Virus record (IMG/VR): IMGVR_UViG_3300046804_001245
Coordinates: 1 to 64,000 of that record
DNA: 64,000 nucleotides
Source of the DNA: a virus
Reading direction: 5' to 3' (one strand)
Both the position numbers and the translations under genes were made by a program. This document shows, piece after piece, positions 57,031 to 64,000 of this stretch; positions within the stretch are counted from its first letter, which is position 1, and every line of letters starts with the position of its first letter. The notes beneath the pieces were generated by a model. That model saw nothing but the letters and a program-made list of their open reading frames with translations, did no database searches and was not told where the DNA came from.

Positions 57031-57249
57031 TTAGTTGCGATATTGCGCTGTATGAGTTTCACGATGTAATTCATTTTCTTTATCGTGATATTTCTTGATA
57101 TAACTAATTAGTTCAATTAGTCTTGCTTGTGTATATGGTGGATATGTTGTTGTTATGATATTAGCAAATAATGCTGGATGAAAATGGTGGTCATTTAGGA
57201 TTTCTTCTAATTGGTCGATTACTTTGTCTACTTTTGTCCGCCGTCTCAT
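57031..57249 (-). CDS. hypothetical protein
   Basis: AGAAAGG SD, upstream -10. Confidence 0.6.
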   Translation of the reverse strand: MRRRTKVDKVIDQLEEILNDHHFHPALFANIITTTYPPYTQARLIELISYIKKYHDKENELHRETHTAQYRN

Positions 57250-57284
57250 TGTTCCGCCTTTCTATTTTGTGAGAGTATATCATA

Positions 57285-57308
57285 AAGGGCTGACTTGCGC
57301 CAGCCCTT
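57285..57308 (-). terminator. hairpin after lsr2-like gene, overlapping next promoter
   Basis: AAGGGCTGGC-GCAA-GTCAGCCCTT. Confidence 0.6.
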
Positions 57309-57323
57309 GTCTGATCTATTTAT

Positions 57324-57470
57324 TTAGTTCTTTGCTTGCTTGGTCTCAGCAGAAAACTTTACGCCATTCTTTTCCGCCTCTGACAGGGCCTGCTTAGCTG
57401 CAGCTGAGAAACGGCCACGGCGGCCAACAGTAATTCCCTTGCTTGCTAGATATTCACGCTTTGTTGTCAT
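57324..57470 (-). CDS. Lsr2-type DNA-binding domain mini-protein (48 aa, not in ORF track)
   Basis: MTTKREYLASKGITVGRRGRFSAAA; GAAAGGA SD; promoter TTTACA-N17-TAAAAT. Confidence 0.75.
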   Translation of the reverse strand: MTTKREYLASKGITVGRRGRFSAAAKQALSEAEKNGVKFSAETKQAKN

Positions 57471-57567
57471 TTTGTCTATCCTTTCATGATAGGTATATAT
57501 TTTATCAGGTATCCACGAATTTGTAAATACCCCCGTAAAAGGGCCTTTGGCCCCGCATTCTCGCAGC

Positions 57568-57825
57568 CTAGTCGGATATGTCCGATTTGTCCACTACGAT
57601 AATATCATTAGACATGGATGGATATCCATCTTCTAACAAATCTGTTGTATCTCCTTCAAGCTCGTTATCTACATAATGAACCTGAATTGTAGAATCAGTT
57701 TCTATTTGGATCCAAGAATGTGTTGCGGCATTGGAGGCAATATCCCATGCCTCCTCCGCATTTGCCGCTTCCACATCAATATAGTATTCAATTAGTTTAT
57801 CTCCGAAGACTCTATGCTTGCTCAT
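57568..57825 (-). CDS. hypothetical acidic protein
   Basis: VEAANAEEA motif. Confidence 0.6.
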   Translation of the reverse strand: MSKHRVFGDKLIEYYIDVEAANAEEAWDIASNAATHSWIQIETDSTIQVHYVDNELEGDTTDLLEDGYPSMSNDIIVVDKSDISD

Positions 57826-58213
57826 TTAGCCACCCGTCCTCATCCAGGGATACAAGGAAGTCGTTATCCCTCATCCAATCTCTGATTACCTCTTCCAGGA
57901 TTTCGCCGCCGTGGTCCATATTAATACCAAGACCGTCGACATCATCCCAGAACTTATCCCAGATTTGTTTAAGAGTTACGCCAGTTGGCACAGCCTCGTC
58001 AACATAGTCATTAACAGCAAGGTCTTCATACTTACAATTGTCGTAGATGTCCTTGATTATATCAAATGTCCATGCCCACAACAATGAGGGAAATGCGGCA
58101 ACATCAGACAATAATCTGTTAATCTCCAGCATTTGATTGTATACGTCGTCCCTACGTGTTTGGTCCTGTAGATCTAATTGTGCTTTATGCACATCTAATG
58201 ATTCAATTTGCAT
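57812..58213 (-). CDS. hypothetical protein
   Basis: AACGAAAGGA SD gives ATG 58213. Confidence 0.6.
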   Translation of the reverse strand: MQIESLDVHKAQLDLQDQTRRDDVYNQMLEINRLLSDVAAFPSLLWAWTFDIIKDIYDNCKYEDLAVNDYVDEAVPTGVTLKQIWDKFWDDVDGLGINMDHGGEILEEVIRDWMRDNDFLVSLDEDGWLNEQA

Positions 58214-58481
58214 TCTTGGTCCTTTCGTTAATTGCAAATGCTAATGCATATGTCATTTGGTAAATATGTGTGAGAGCGTCCATTTGGCCCTCCCAGTATT
58301 TCCGCTCCATAGATTCCATGGCGTCGGAATAATCATTCTCTTCCTCAATACGCTGTGCTTCCTCCAGTTCACGCTCTGCGTCTAGCATGAGGACCTTTAG
58401 GTGCCCGTGCAAGATATCGGTGCCAGAAGACCCAGCGTCGACCTGCTTCTGCAGATATGGGTCCAGTTCTAATGTGTTCAT
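58203..58481 (-). CDS. hypothetical protein
   Basis: YWEGQMDAL; GGAGG SD. Confidence 0.6.
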   Translation of the reverse strand: MNTLELDPYLQKQVDAGSSGTDILHGHLKVLMLDAERELEEAQRIEEENDYSDAMESMERKYWEGQMDALTHIYQMTYALAFAINERTKNAN

Positions 58482-58696
58482 AGTATTTCCTCCACGTATT
58501 CAAGGATGTGAATTGTAGCAGAAACTTGGCCGCTTGTATAGTTATACTCAAAGTCTAATTCAGCATAATCTTTTGAGGCGGGGTCCAAGGAATCCATACG
58601 AGTAGACAACTGAGACAAATCCTCATTCAAAGATTGTATATGTAATTGAAGATAAGTAACTAATTGGGTCTTCCTATTTATATATTCAGTTTCCAT
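58478..58696 (-). CDS. hypothetical protein
   Basis: GAGGAG SD; YTSGQ..A resembles the downstream neighbour. Confidence 0.6.
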   Translation of the reverse strand: METEYINRKTQLVTYLQLHIQSLNEDLSQLSTRMDSLDPASKDYAELDFEYNYTSGQVSATIHILEYVEEIL

Positions 58697-58773
58697 TTCT
58701 CTCCTCTATACATTTAAAACAAATCTCTTTGTTGTTTACCGATACGGTAATTACTTTATAGTCATAACAGATA

Positions 58774-58998
58774 TTACACATTGAAGTAGAATTCATCTCC
58801 CTCATTTAAATTATAAAACTCATTGAATTTATTCTTCAGCAAAGGGTCATCATACAATTGGATTAATTTCCAATCTGCATACATGGTTCCCTCATCTAAA
58901 TTGGACTGATTAAATTGGTCAAACAGTTCCATTGCTACAGCATGAATAATTTCACCTGTATCTGCTTCAGTCATATCGTCAAATACCGAGTGTTGCAT
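58774..58998 (-). CDS. hypothetical protein
   Basis: TAATG-coupled. Confidence 0.55.
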   Translation of the reverse strand: MQHSVFDDMTEADTGEIIHAVAMELFDQFNQSNLDEGTMYADWKLIQLYDDPLLKNKFNEFYNLNEGDEFYFNV

Positions 58999-59771
58999 TA
59001 TGCTTTCTCCATTCTATATTCAGGTACGTGGTCGGAATCCAAGTATACTTTATGGGTCTGACATTCTTTGACATTATCTAGGTCTGCCTCCCCAAGCCAA
59101 TTACAAGCAGAGCAGATTTCTCCACAATCATTATCGCAATATTCCATTGTATTATCTGAATCACAATCACGACATTTGTTCTCATACTCTGAGATAGATA
59201 TAACTTCTCCACGAAGTAATTCCATTTCTCCGCCCCAACCTGTTTCTTCCTCATAAGATAGAGTTAGCAATAAACTAGGATATTGTGCAGATAATTTTTG
59301 GAGGGCAGGAACAGGAGGAGACCAAGCAGTATTAAAGTTATAATAAACTACTAAGTTCTCTCCATTTTCAGTAGGCCCTTCCATATATGTATCTGAATAT
59401 TCTTTATTATCAGATATAGCCACATCCCATTTTGTTCCCCAATTAGTTATATTCCATGAATACCAAGACTTATCTTCTAATCTAAGTTTTTCAGTATCAT
59501 TCCACCAATTAGGGTCAGATACATCTAATTCAGAACGAGTTGGTTGTGCAACATATTCTAAATCAGTTATACCTGCTTGGCGGTGGTTATAGATATTATA
59601 AAAAGCAAAGACAGGATTAGGATATGTAGTCTGAGATACTTCCATATTTCCAGTAGTTTTATTCCATGAATCATGTAACATGACGAATGGTTTATTCATT
59701 TGTTTTACAAGGTCATTTACCAATTCAGGAGAACCTTCAATTGTAAGACCGTTATAGCACCAATTTGGCAT
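58998..59771 (-). CDS. DUF1281/YubB ferredoxin-like domain protein with Cys-rich tail
   Basis: MPNWC, WY.W...WGTKWD, FNTAWSPP; start 59771 by SD. Confidence 0.72.
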   Translation of the reverse strand: MPNWCYNGLTIEGSPELVNDLVKQMNKPFVMLHDSWNKTTGNMEVSQTTYPNPVFAFYNIYNHRQAGITDLEYVAQPTRSELDVSDPNWWNDTEKLRLEDKSWYSWNITNWGTKWDVAISDNKEYSDTYMEGPTENGENLVVYYNFNTAWSPPVPALQKLSAQYPSLLLTLSYEEETGWGGEMELLRGEVISISEYENKCRDCDSDNTMEYCDNDCGEICSACNWLGEADLDNVKECQTHKVYLDSDHVPEYRMEKA

Positions 59772-59803
59772 TATATATTCCTTTCGTTCGGTTGAATGGT
59801 CCA

Positions 59804-59833
59804 ATTATACAATGCCCCACCGACATTTGACAA
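59804..59833 (-). promoter_or_regulatory. early promoter with TGTCGG-N10-TATAAT
   Basis: TTGTCA..TGTCGG-N10-TATAAT. Confidence 0.7.
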
Positions 59834-59902
59834 TATCCCCCAAGTTTCGGGAAATTACATTAGATCTCGTAACAGAGCTATATGGTCCTCAGGCATGCGG
59901 GC

Positions 59903-59935
59903 AAAAGCAAATCCCCCAGGAACCAACTGGGGGAT
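59903..59935 (-). terminator. intrinsic terminator
   Basis: ATCCCCCAG/CTGGGGGAT then TTGCTTTT on - strand. Confidence 0.75.
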
Positions 59936-59943
59936 ATTGACAC

Positions 59944-60026
59944 GTAGGGCTGCTAGTCAAACGAAAGGAATTAAGTAAACACTGCTTTACTTAGCGACTT
60001 GGGGAATCCCTATAGCCGCACCCTAC
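59944..60026 (-). ncRNA. candidate anti-RBS small RNA
   Basis: GUAGGG/CCCUAC closing stem, AGUC/GACU, UAAGUAAA/UUUACUUA hairpin, unpaired AUUCCUUUCGUU. Confidence 0.55.
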
Positions 60027-60054
60027 ATTTAAATGGGCCTAAGCCGTAGATTAA

Positions 60055-60459
60055 TTATACCAGAAGAGGGACGTCGGTATATTTCTCTACGAATGTGCGT
60101 AGGTCCATTACGAAGAGGGGCTCATTGCTCATACCACGAACCTTGTTGTCCAAGTTATAGAATGAATCCTCTGTATGAAGACTAAAAGTCATTTGTGTAA
60201 AGTCGACGATAGCAATCTTGTGCTCGTTATCGCCAATCTCATTTACATGCAGGCCCCATCCAGTCTCCATAGACCAACCGTCGCCAATCATATGACTGAT
60301 TGCGATACGTGTTGCATATGAAGGGTCCGACCAACGAGGCTGTGCTTTTGCAACCGCCTCTGCTAAATTGGCAAGCATGTTGTGGCCCGCCCAGTGTCCA
60401 TACAGTACAATTGTGTTACCGTTCGGCTGTACAAATCCGAAGTTTGCTCTGTCACCCAT
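60055..60459 (-). CDS. hypothetical protein MGDR...LY.HW.G
   Basis: Coupled ORF with SD. Confidence 0.65.
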   Translation of the reverse strand: MGDRANFGFVQPNGNTIVLYGHWAGHNMLANLAEAVAKAQPRWSDPSYATRIAISHMIGDGWSMETGWGLHVNEIGDNEHKIAIVDFTQMTFSLHTEDSFYNLDNKVRGMSNEPLFVMDLRTFVEKYTDVPLLV

Positions 60460-60652
60460 TTATTTCTTCCTTTTCTATTATTGGTGTTTCTTCTTTACGG
60501 TCTAATTCTATAATTTCATAGGCCCACTTGTCAAGGGTCTCTGAATATTTATTTCGGTGGTGGCCACAGAAATACAATTCGCCATTAGTTCCTCTAGATA
60601 GGAATAAGGCTTGAGCTGAGCATGAATCGCATTTAATCCACTCAGAGGTCAT
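60452..60652 (-). CDS. small Zn-binding protein
   Basis: CDSC...LYFCGHH. Confidence 0.6.
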   Translation of the reverse strand: MTSEWIKCDSCSAQALFLSRGTNGELYFCGHHRNKYSETLDKWAYEIIELDRKEETPIIEKEEING

Positions 60653-60806
60653 TGTTTAATGTACCAAATTCGATTTTGTCTGCTATATCGTCCATGATTT
60701 GGCCTTCCTCGCCTAAAATAGCATCGGCTGCCCATTGACGAATATTGTTAATAATTACTTCACGAGTAAATTTAACACCATCTTCAAAACCATCTTTGTA
60801 GTCCAT
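60642..60806 (-). CDS. hypothetical protein (not in ORF track)
   Basis: AGGAGGT SD, MDYKDGFEDG, 54 aa. Confidence 0.55.
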   Translation of the reverse strand: MDYKDGFEDGVKFTREVIINNIRQWAADAILGEEGQIMDDIADKIEFGTLNNDL

Positions 60807-60807
60807 G

Positions 60808-61017
60808 TTACCTCCTGTAGCCTGTTGGCTGGTAATCTGTCTCCACTAGTATATCCAATTTATACTTAGATATCAAGGCTGAAACTTTTTCAATATTTCC
60901 CGTCCCAATATCAAATACAGTTGAATCTATCCAATATGGATCTAATCCAGCGAATTCAGCGTCCCAATATGCCGCTTTGAGGGCGGCAGTATTAGGAGCA
61001 CGTAGTTGATAATACAT
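60808..61017 (-). CDS. hypothetical protein
   Basis: TAATG-coupled. Confidence 0.55.
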   Translation of the reverse strand: MYYQLRAPNTAALKAAYWDAEFAGLDPYWIDSTVFDIGTGNIEKVSALISKYKLDILVETDYQPTGYRR

Positions 61018-61571
61018 TAGTTCCAGTCCTGACTATCAACTAAATCAATATCCCATGAATCTACTTCGGTAGTAAAATCATTTGAGTCGACTGAAAGATT
61101 GTCAGAGAGATGATAACGAATATCAAAGTCATTAACTTCGGTAATATCTACCTCAGTACTTCCTGATACTGTAAGAGTTACAGTCCAGTTCATTGTTTGT
61201 TTTGGCTCATGGTCAAGGATTACACAAAGGTCACGAAGAACCTCTTCCTTGTCGACTGTATCTGAGAACCAACTATCAATAGTTAAATTATCGATAATCT
61301 GACCGATTTGTTTTTCTTGTGATTCAAGACGGGCATCACGATATTGTGCTTTTCTAAACATCTCGCTGATGTCTGCACGATTTAGAGTCCATTCTCTAAG
61401 TTCGCCATTTGGCAAGTGTTCATATGCTTTGATTGTTGGATTAGCGAAGAGCAAATCCTCCAATTCAGTTGCTTTATATAGTTTATAGATACTGTCATTT
61501 GATTCTGGCTGAATTTCACGAACAGTAGTTAATGCATGAGGATTATATGAATCCTGCGATACTATTTCCAT
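61017..61571 (-). CDS. hypothetical acidic protein
   Basis: Start reassigned to ATG 61571 (AACGAAAGGAA SD); longer ORF would run through the tRNA. Confidence 0.65.
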   Translation of the reverse strand: MEIVSQDSYNPHALTTVREIQPESNDSIYKLYKATELEDLLFANPTIKAYEHLPNGELREWTLNRADISEMFRKAQYRDARLESQEKQIGQIIDNLTIDSWFSDTVDKEEVLRDLCVILDHEPKQTMNWTVTLTVSGSTEVDITEVNDFDIRYHLSDNLSVDSNDFTTEVDSWDIDLVDSQDWN

Positions 61572-61598
61572 TTGTTTCCTTTCGTTGTTATTGACCGT

Positions 61599-61620
61599 AT
61601 TATAGCGGACCTGACTGACA
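61599..61620 (-). promoter_or_regulatory. early promoter TGTCAG-N10-TATAAT
   Basis: Same motif spacing as at 59804, 62839, 63826. Confidence 0.65.
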
Positions 61621-61686
61621 AAATCCAGGGGTCCCGCCCCTTTGTCGTAACAATCTTTTTTGGATTTCACGTATGCGGGCGAGCTG

Positions 61687-61761
61687 CGACCCATACCAGA
61701 TTTGAACTGGTGATCTCCACCGTGACAAGGTGGCGCTTTAACCATGCTAAGCCAATGGGCC
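61687..61761 (-). tRNA. tRNA-Asp(GTC); CCA not encoded
   Basis: GGCCCAT/ATGGGTC acceptor, CCACC-TTGTCAC-GGTGG anticodon arm, ACCAG-TTCAAAT-CTGGT T arm, G discriminator. Confidence 0.92.
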
Positions 61762-61767
61762 AATAGG

Positions 61768-61785
61768 GGGCCCCTTGCGGGGCCC
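61768..61785 (-). other. GNRA-capped hairpin just 5' of tRNA-Asp
   Basis: GGGCCCC-GCAA-GGGGCCC. Confidence 0.6.
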
Positions 61786-61793
61786 GTCATTCT

Positions 61794-62804
61794 TTAGAAT
61801 GATTTTACAACCTGAAGAATTTTATTCTTCTCGGCGGTAATAATTGGGTCAAAACCAGAAGCAGAAGCCCACTTTGATTCTGAATTACTCTTGCGAGTAG
61901 GACGGAAATAATCAAGGCGTTCAGTAAGCGCATTGAAAGCGCCCCATTTTGTTCCCTTGATATTAGCATTGGTCGGAGAGTTATGGTAAAGGTCATTTAG
62001 CAAAACAACCTTGTTATCCCATTTTGTCTTAGCCAATTTAGAATCAGATTCGGCAGGCTTAGGATAAATTGTTTTTACAATATCCTGAAATTGCTTATCT
62101 GTAATTTCAGCAGCGAATAGAGATTGAGCCTCTTTTTCAAAAGCGTCGAAATAGCCAAGAGTAAGACCAAGAGTCTCACGAGCAATTTGAATCTTACCTT
62201 CCGCCGTTTGAGTGTGGCGAATCTTGAAAGATTGCTTTGATTGCTTCATCGCTAGGTTTAGCGTATTTTGGCATACGACACGAACAGGTGTAATCGCTGC
62301 CTGAACAGCAACAGAGCCGTCGTGTGATGTCCATACGATAAGATAAAGTTTAGTTTTATCGTTAGCACCTTTAGGGTCTAGCACCATTTCACGGGGAACA
62401 GTAAGAGAACCGAATACAACTTTGCCATTCTTTAGAGAACCAGCAGATTCCCAAGCGCAGCGAGAATCGCCGTCTAGGATATTGTCAGCGAATGAAAATA
62501 GTTCTTCATTCTGAACAACTTTATATCTAGCACCGACAGTTGAGAGAACATCTGTTCCGCCATTGAATGGGTTAGTTCTAGTCACGAGTTGTGAATTAGA
62601 AGAATCATTCCAAGATTCTGGAATGAAATCAGATACAGGTGAAAGCGAAACATTCCAATTAGAAAGTTTAGCCTCATCTAACATCATTTGAGTTGAAACA
62701 GATTCATCTTGTGCGAAGATTCTGTTTGCGAGATTGTGCCAAGCGGGAGTTCCACGCAAGGCGAAAGCGACTTCGTCGCCATTTATTTCTAGGTTATGAG
62801 CCAT
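61794..62804 (-). CDS. DUF932 / TIGR03299 phage-plasmid protein
   Basis: MAH, PAWH, Y.VVQN, ESAGSL..G, SHDGS, TPVRVVCQNTL, GT.WGAFNA.TE..D. Confidence 0.85.
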   Translation of the reverse strand: MAHNLEINGDEVAFALRGTPAWHNLANRIFAQDESVSTQMMLDEAKLSNWNVSLSPVSDFIPESWNDSSNSQLVTRTNPFNGGTDVLSTVGARYKVVQNEELFSFADNILDGDSRCAWESAGSLKNGKVVFGSLTVPREMVLDPKGANDKTKLYLIVWTSHDGSVAVQAAITPVRVVCQNTLNLAMKQSKQSFKIRHTQTAEGKIQIARETLGLTLGYFDAFEKEAQSLFAAEITDKQFQDIVKTIYPKPAESDSKLAKTKWDNKVVLLNDLYHNSPTNANIKGTKWGAFNALTERLDYFRPTRKSNSESKWASASGFDPIITAEKNKILQVVKSF

Positions 62805-62838
62805 AGATTTATCCTTTCGATAGTTGATTAGTTCCTGA

Positions 62839-62867
62839 ATTATACACTACGCTGCCGACATTGTAAA
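62839..62867 (-). promoter_or_regulatory. early promoter TTTACA-N17-TATAAT containing TGTCGG-N10
   Basis: Read directly from sequence. Confidence 0.7.
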
Positions 62868-62979
62868 TAGTTAGTTCCAATATAGGGCAAATCGGACACC
62901 CTGTGAGAAAGCTCACAGGATCCAGGGGTATTTTAGACTTGACGTAACGGGGCTTCGCCCCCCACAGTTGTGCGGGCCT

Positions 62980-63102
62980 TCAGCTCATGTACTCGTTGAT
63001 CACATCCAGCGCATTACACAATTGGCAGAAACATTCGCCATGGTCCATAACATCTTCCCAAATTAATTGCTGCAATTCGTGCACCGCATATGGACCGCTC
63101 AT
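62980..63102 (-). CDS. small Cys protein (not in ORF track)
   Basis: 40 aa, H..C.C..C; ATGA overlap with upstream gene. Confidence 0.45.
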   Translation of the reverse strand: MSGPYAVHELQQLIWEDVMDHGECFCQLCNALDVINEYMS

Positions 63103-63818
63103 TTTTTACTCGCAGAAAATCTTATGTCTGCTTTATTAAATACGCAGAGCCCACACGATACACAGGCTGAACCGTTAGTAGATATTAGCGGAATTCGTTT
63201 AGCATTTTCAGGACACTTTGCGCCTACTTTGCCAGTTAATTCTTTCATGACAGTTTCTGCCACCGCAAAATTCTTAGCGAGATACGCAAGGCGTGTGCCG
63301 TGATTAGTACGCAATTCTTTAGCAGTATCTTTATTTTCATCATCCGTCGAATAGTAAAGAGATAGATTAGCAATTCCCTTTAGAATTACGGCGGCGGAAG
63401 CGACACGGGTATAGACCCAAAATTGAACATCAGGGTGTTTCTCAATAACATTCTTCCACGCATAGGCATATGTCTCATTAAAGAAATCTCCGTCCCAGTG
63501 GATACGGAATAATTTATCGGCATTTTTCTTATCACAGTCCGCCTTGAATTCTACAATCATTTCATCTAGAAGAGAGACCATTGTTTCGATATTGGCATTG
63601 CGTATCAATTCCCAATTATGGAGCAGTACGGCTTTAACGCCTTTATACACCTTTTCTAATTTACCAGCATAGCAGACACTTTCGCAGATACTAGTTGCGC
63701 CAGGACATGAATAGGCCTTACCAGCAGGCAGGCCAAAAGTATTAGCAATCGTAGGTGTCTTCCCGTTAGGGCTAACGGCGTTAGCCACTTTTCGGTCATT
63801 AGAGCGTTTCAATTTCAT
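63099..63818 (-). CDS. GP88-like Fe-S (radical-SAM-related) protein
   Basis: CPGATSICESVCYA, FRIHWDGDF, WVYTR, CP...CVSCGLC; leaderless ATG 63818. Confidence 0.7.
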   Translation of the reverse strand: MKLKRSNDRKVANAVSPNGKTPTIANTFGLPAGKAYSCPGATSICESVCYAGKLEKVYKGVKAVLLHNWELIRNANIETMVSLLDEMIVEFKADCDKKNADKLFRIHWDGDFFNETYAYAWKNVIEKHPDVQFWVYTRVASAAVILKGIANLSLYYSTDDENKDTAKELRTNHGTRLAYLAKNFAVAETVMKELTGKVGAKCPENAKRIPLISTNGSACVSCGLCVFNKADIRFSASKK

Positions 63819-63831
63819 ATGGGTAATTCTA

Positions 63832-63978
63832 TCACCACATACCGACAGCGAATTCGGCAACAGTATCTAGACATTCGGCGCATGCCCAATCATCGCCATA
63901 GACTTCGTATTCTGCCTCATCGACAAAATAGGTGGCAGTACCACAGATTTCATAGTATAAACAATTTACTTTTATCAT
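63832..63978 (-). CDS. small Zn-ribbon protein (not in ORF track)
   Basis: AACGAAAGGG SD; C...CG...CAEC, 48 aa. Confidence 0.55.
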   Translation of the reverse strand: MIKVNCLYYEICGTATYFVDEAEYEVYGDDWACAECLDTVAEFAVGMW

Positions 63979-64000
63979 TTAGTTTCCCTTTCGTTATGCG

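Noticed and set aside
57313-57325. Exact match to the E. coli oriC 13-mer GATCTATTTATTT
   Set aside because: Single AT-rich copy overlapping a stop codon, no DnaA-box cluster, wrong host lineage; likely chance
41260-61761. tRNAs as prophage attachment sites / host-phage junction
   Set aside because: No integrase, no duplicated tRNA 3' end, phage-type genes on both sides
61572-61790. N-terminal extension of ORF 61017-61790
   Set aside because: Runs through tRNA-Asp and a promoter; SD supports a start at 61571
62937-62965. dif/XerD-like half-site TTACGTCAAGT on - strand
   Set aside because: No convincing XerC arm; better explained as one copy of the CGTAAC-N22 motif
1-64000. Stop-codon reassignment
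   Set aside because: Standard code gives full-length genes at high coding density; TAA, TAG and TGA all terminate genes

Overview
64 kb internal segment of a large, AT-rich, lytic-looking siphovirus genome. WhiB, an Lsr2-type domain, GAAAGG Shine-Dalgarno sites and many leaderless genes point to an actinobacterial host. Gene order and content resemble Streptomyces cluster BE/BK-like and freshwater actinophages; this is an inference. The + strand (1-56.6 kb) carries head genes (protease/scaffold, major capsid, connectors) and tail genes (major tail, frameshifted chaperone, 2330-aa tape measure, tip proteins, S74-chaperone fibre). It continues with replication/recombination genes (DnaB, primase, SSB, DnaE, MazG-like, RecA, Cas4-like, RuvC-like), a sugar-transfer/DUF1599 trio, terminase, tRNA(CAT), Hsp20, envelope/lysis genes, WhiB, proteases, a glycosylase, thioredoxin and many small ORFs. 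After a ~460 bp non-coding convergence zone, a - strand block of putative early genes follows (Lsr2-like, DUF932, GP88-like, tRNA-Asp). The most unusual signals are non-coding. (i) A structured ~83-nt RNA exposes a sequence complementary to the ribosome-binding sites of several early genes. (ii) Fixed-spacing bipartite DNA motifs and a TGTCRG-N10-(-10) promoter class recur in the early-region spacers. (iii) A ROSE-like thermometer precedes hsp20. (iv) A pseudoknot/anti-SD switch precedes an FmdB gene. (v) 10-bp-phased GTGG boxes lie in the convergence zone. No integrase, CRISPR array, intein or reverse transcriptase was seen. All calls are from reading the sequence by eye; no database searches were run.
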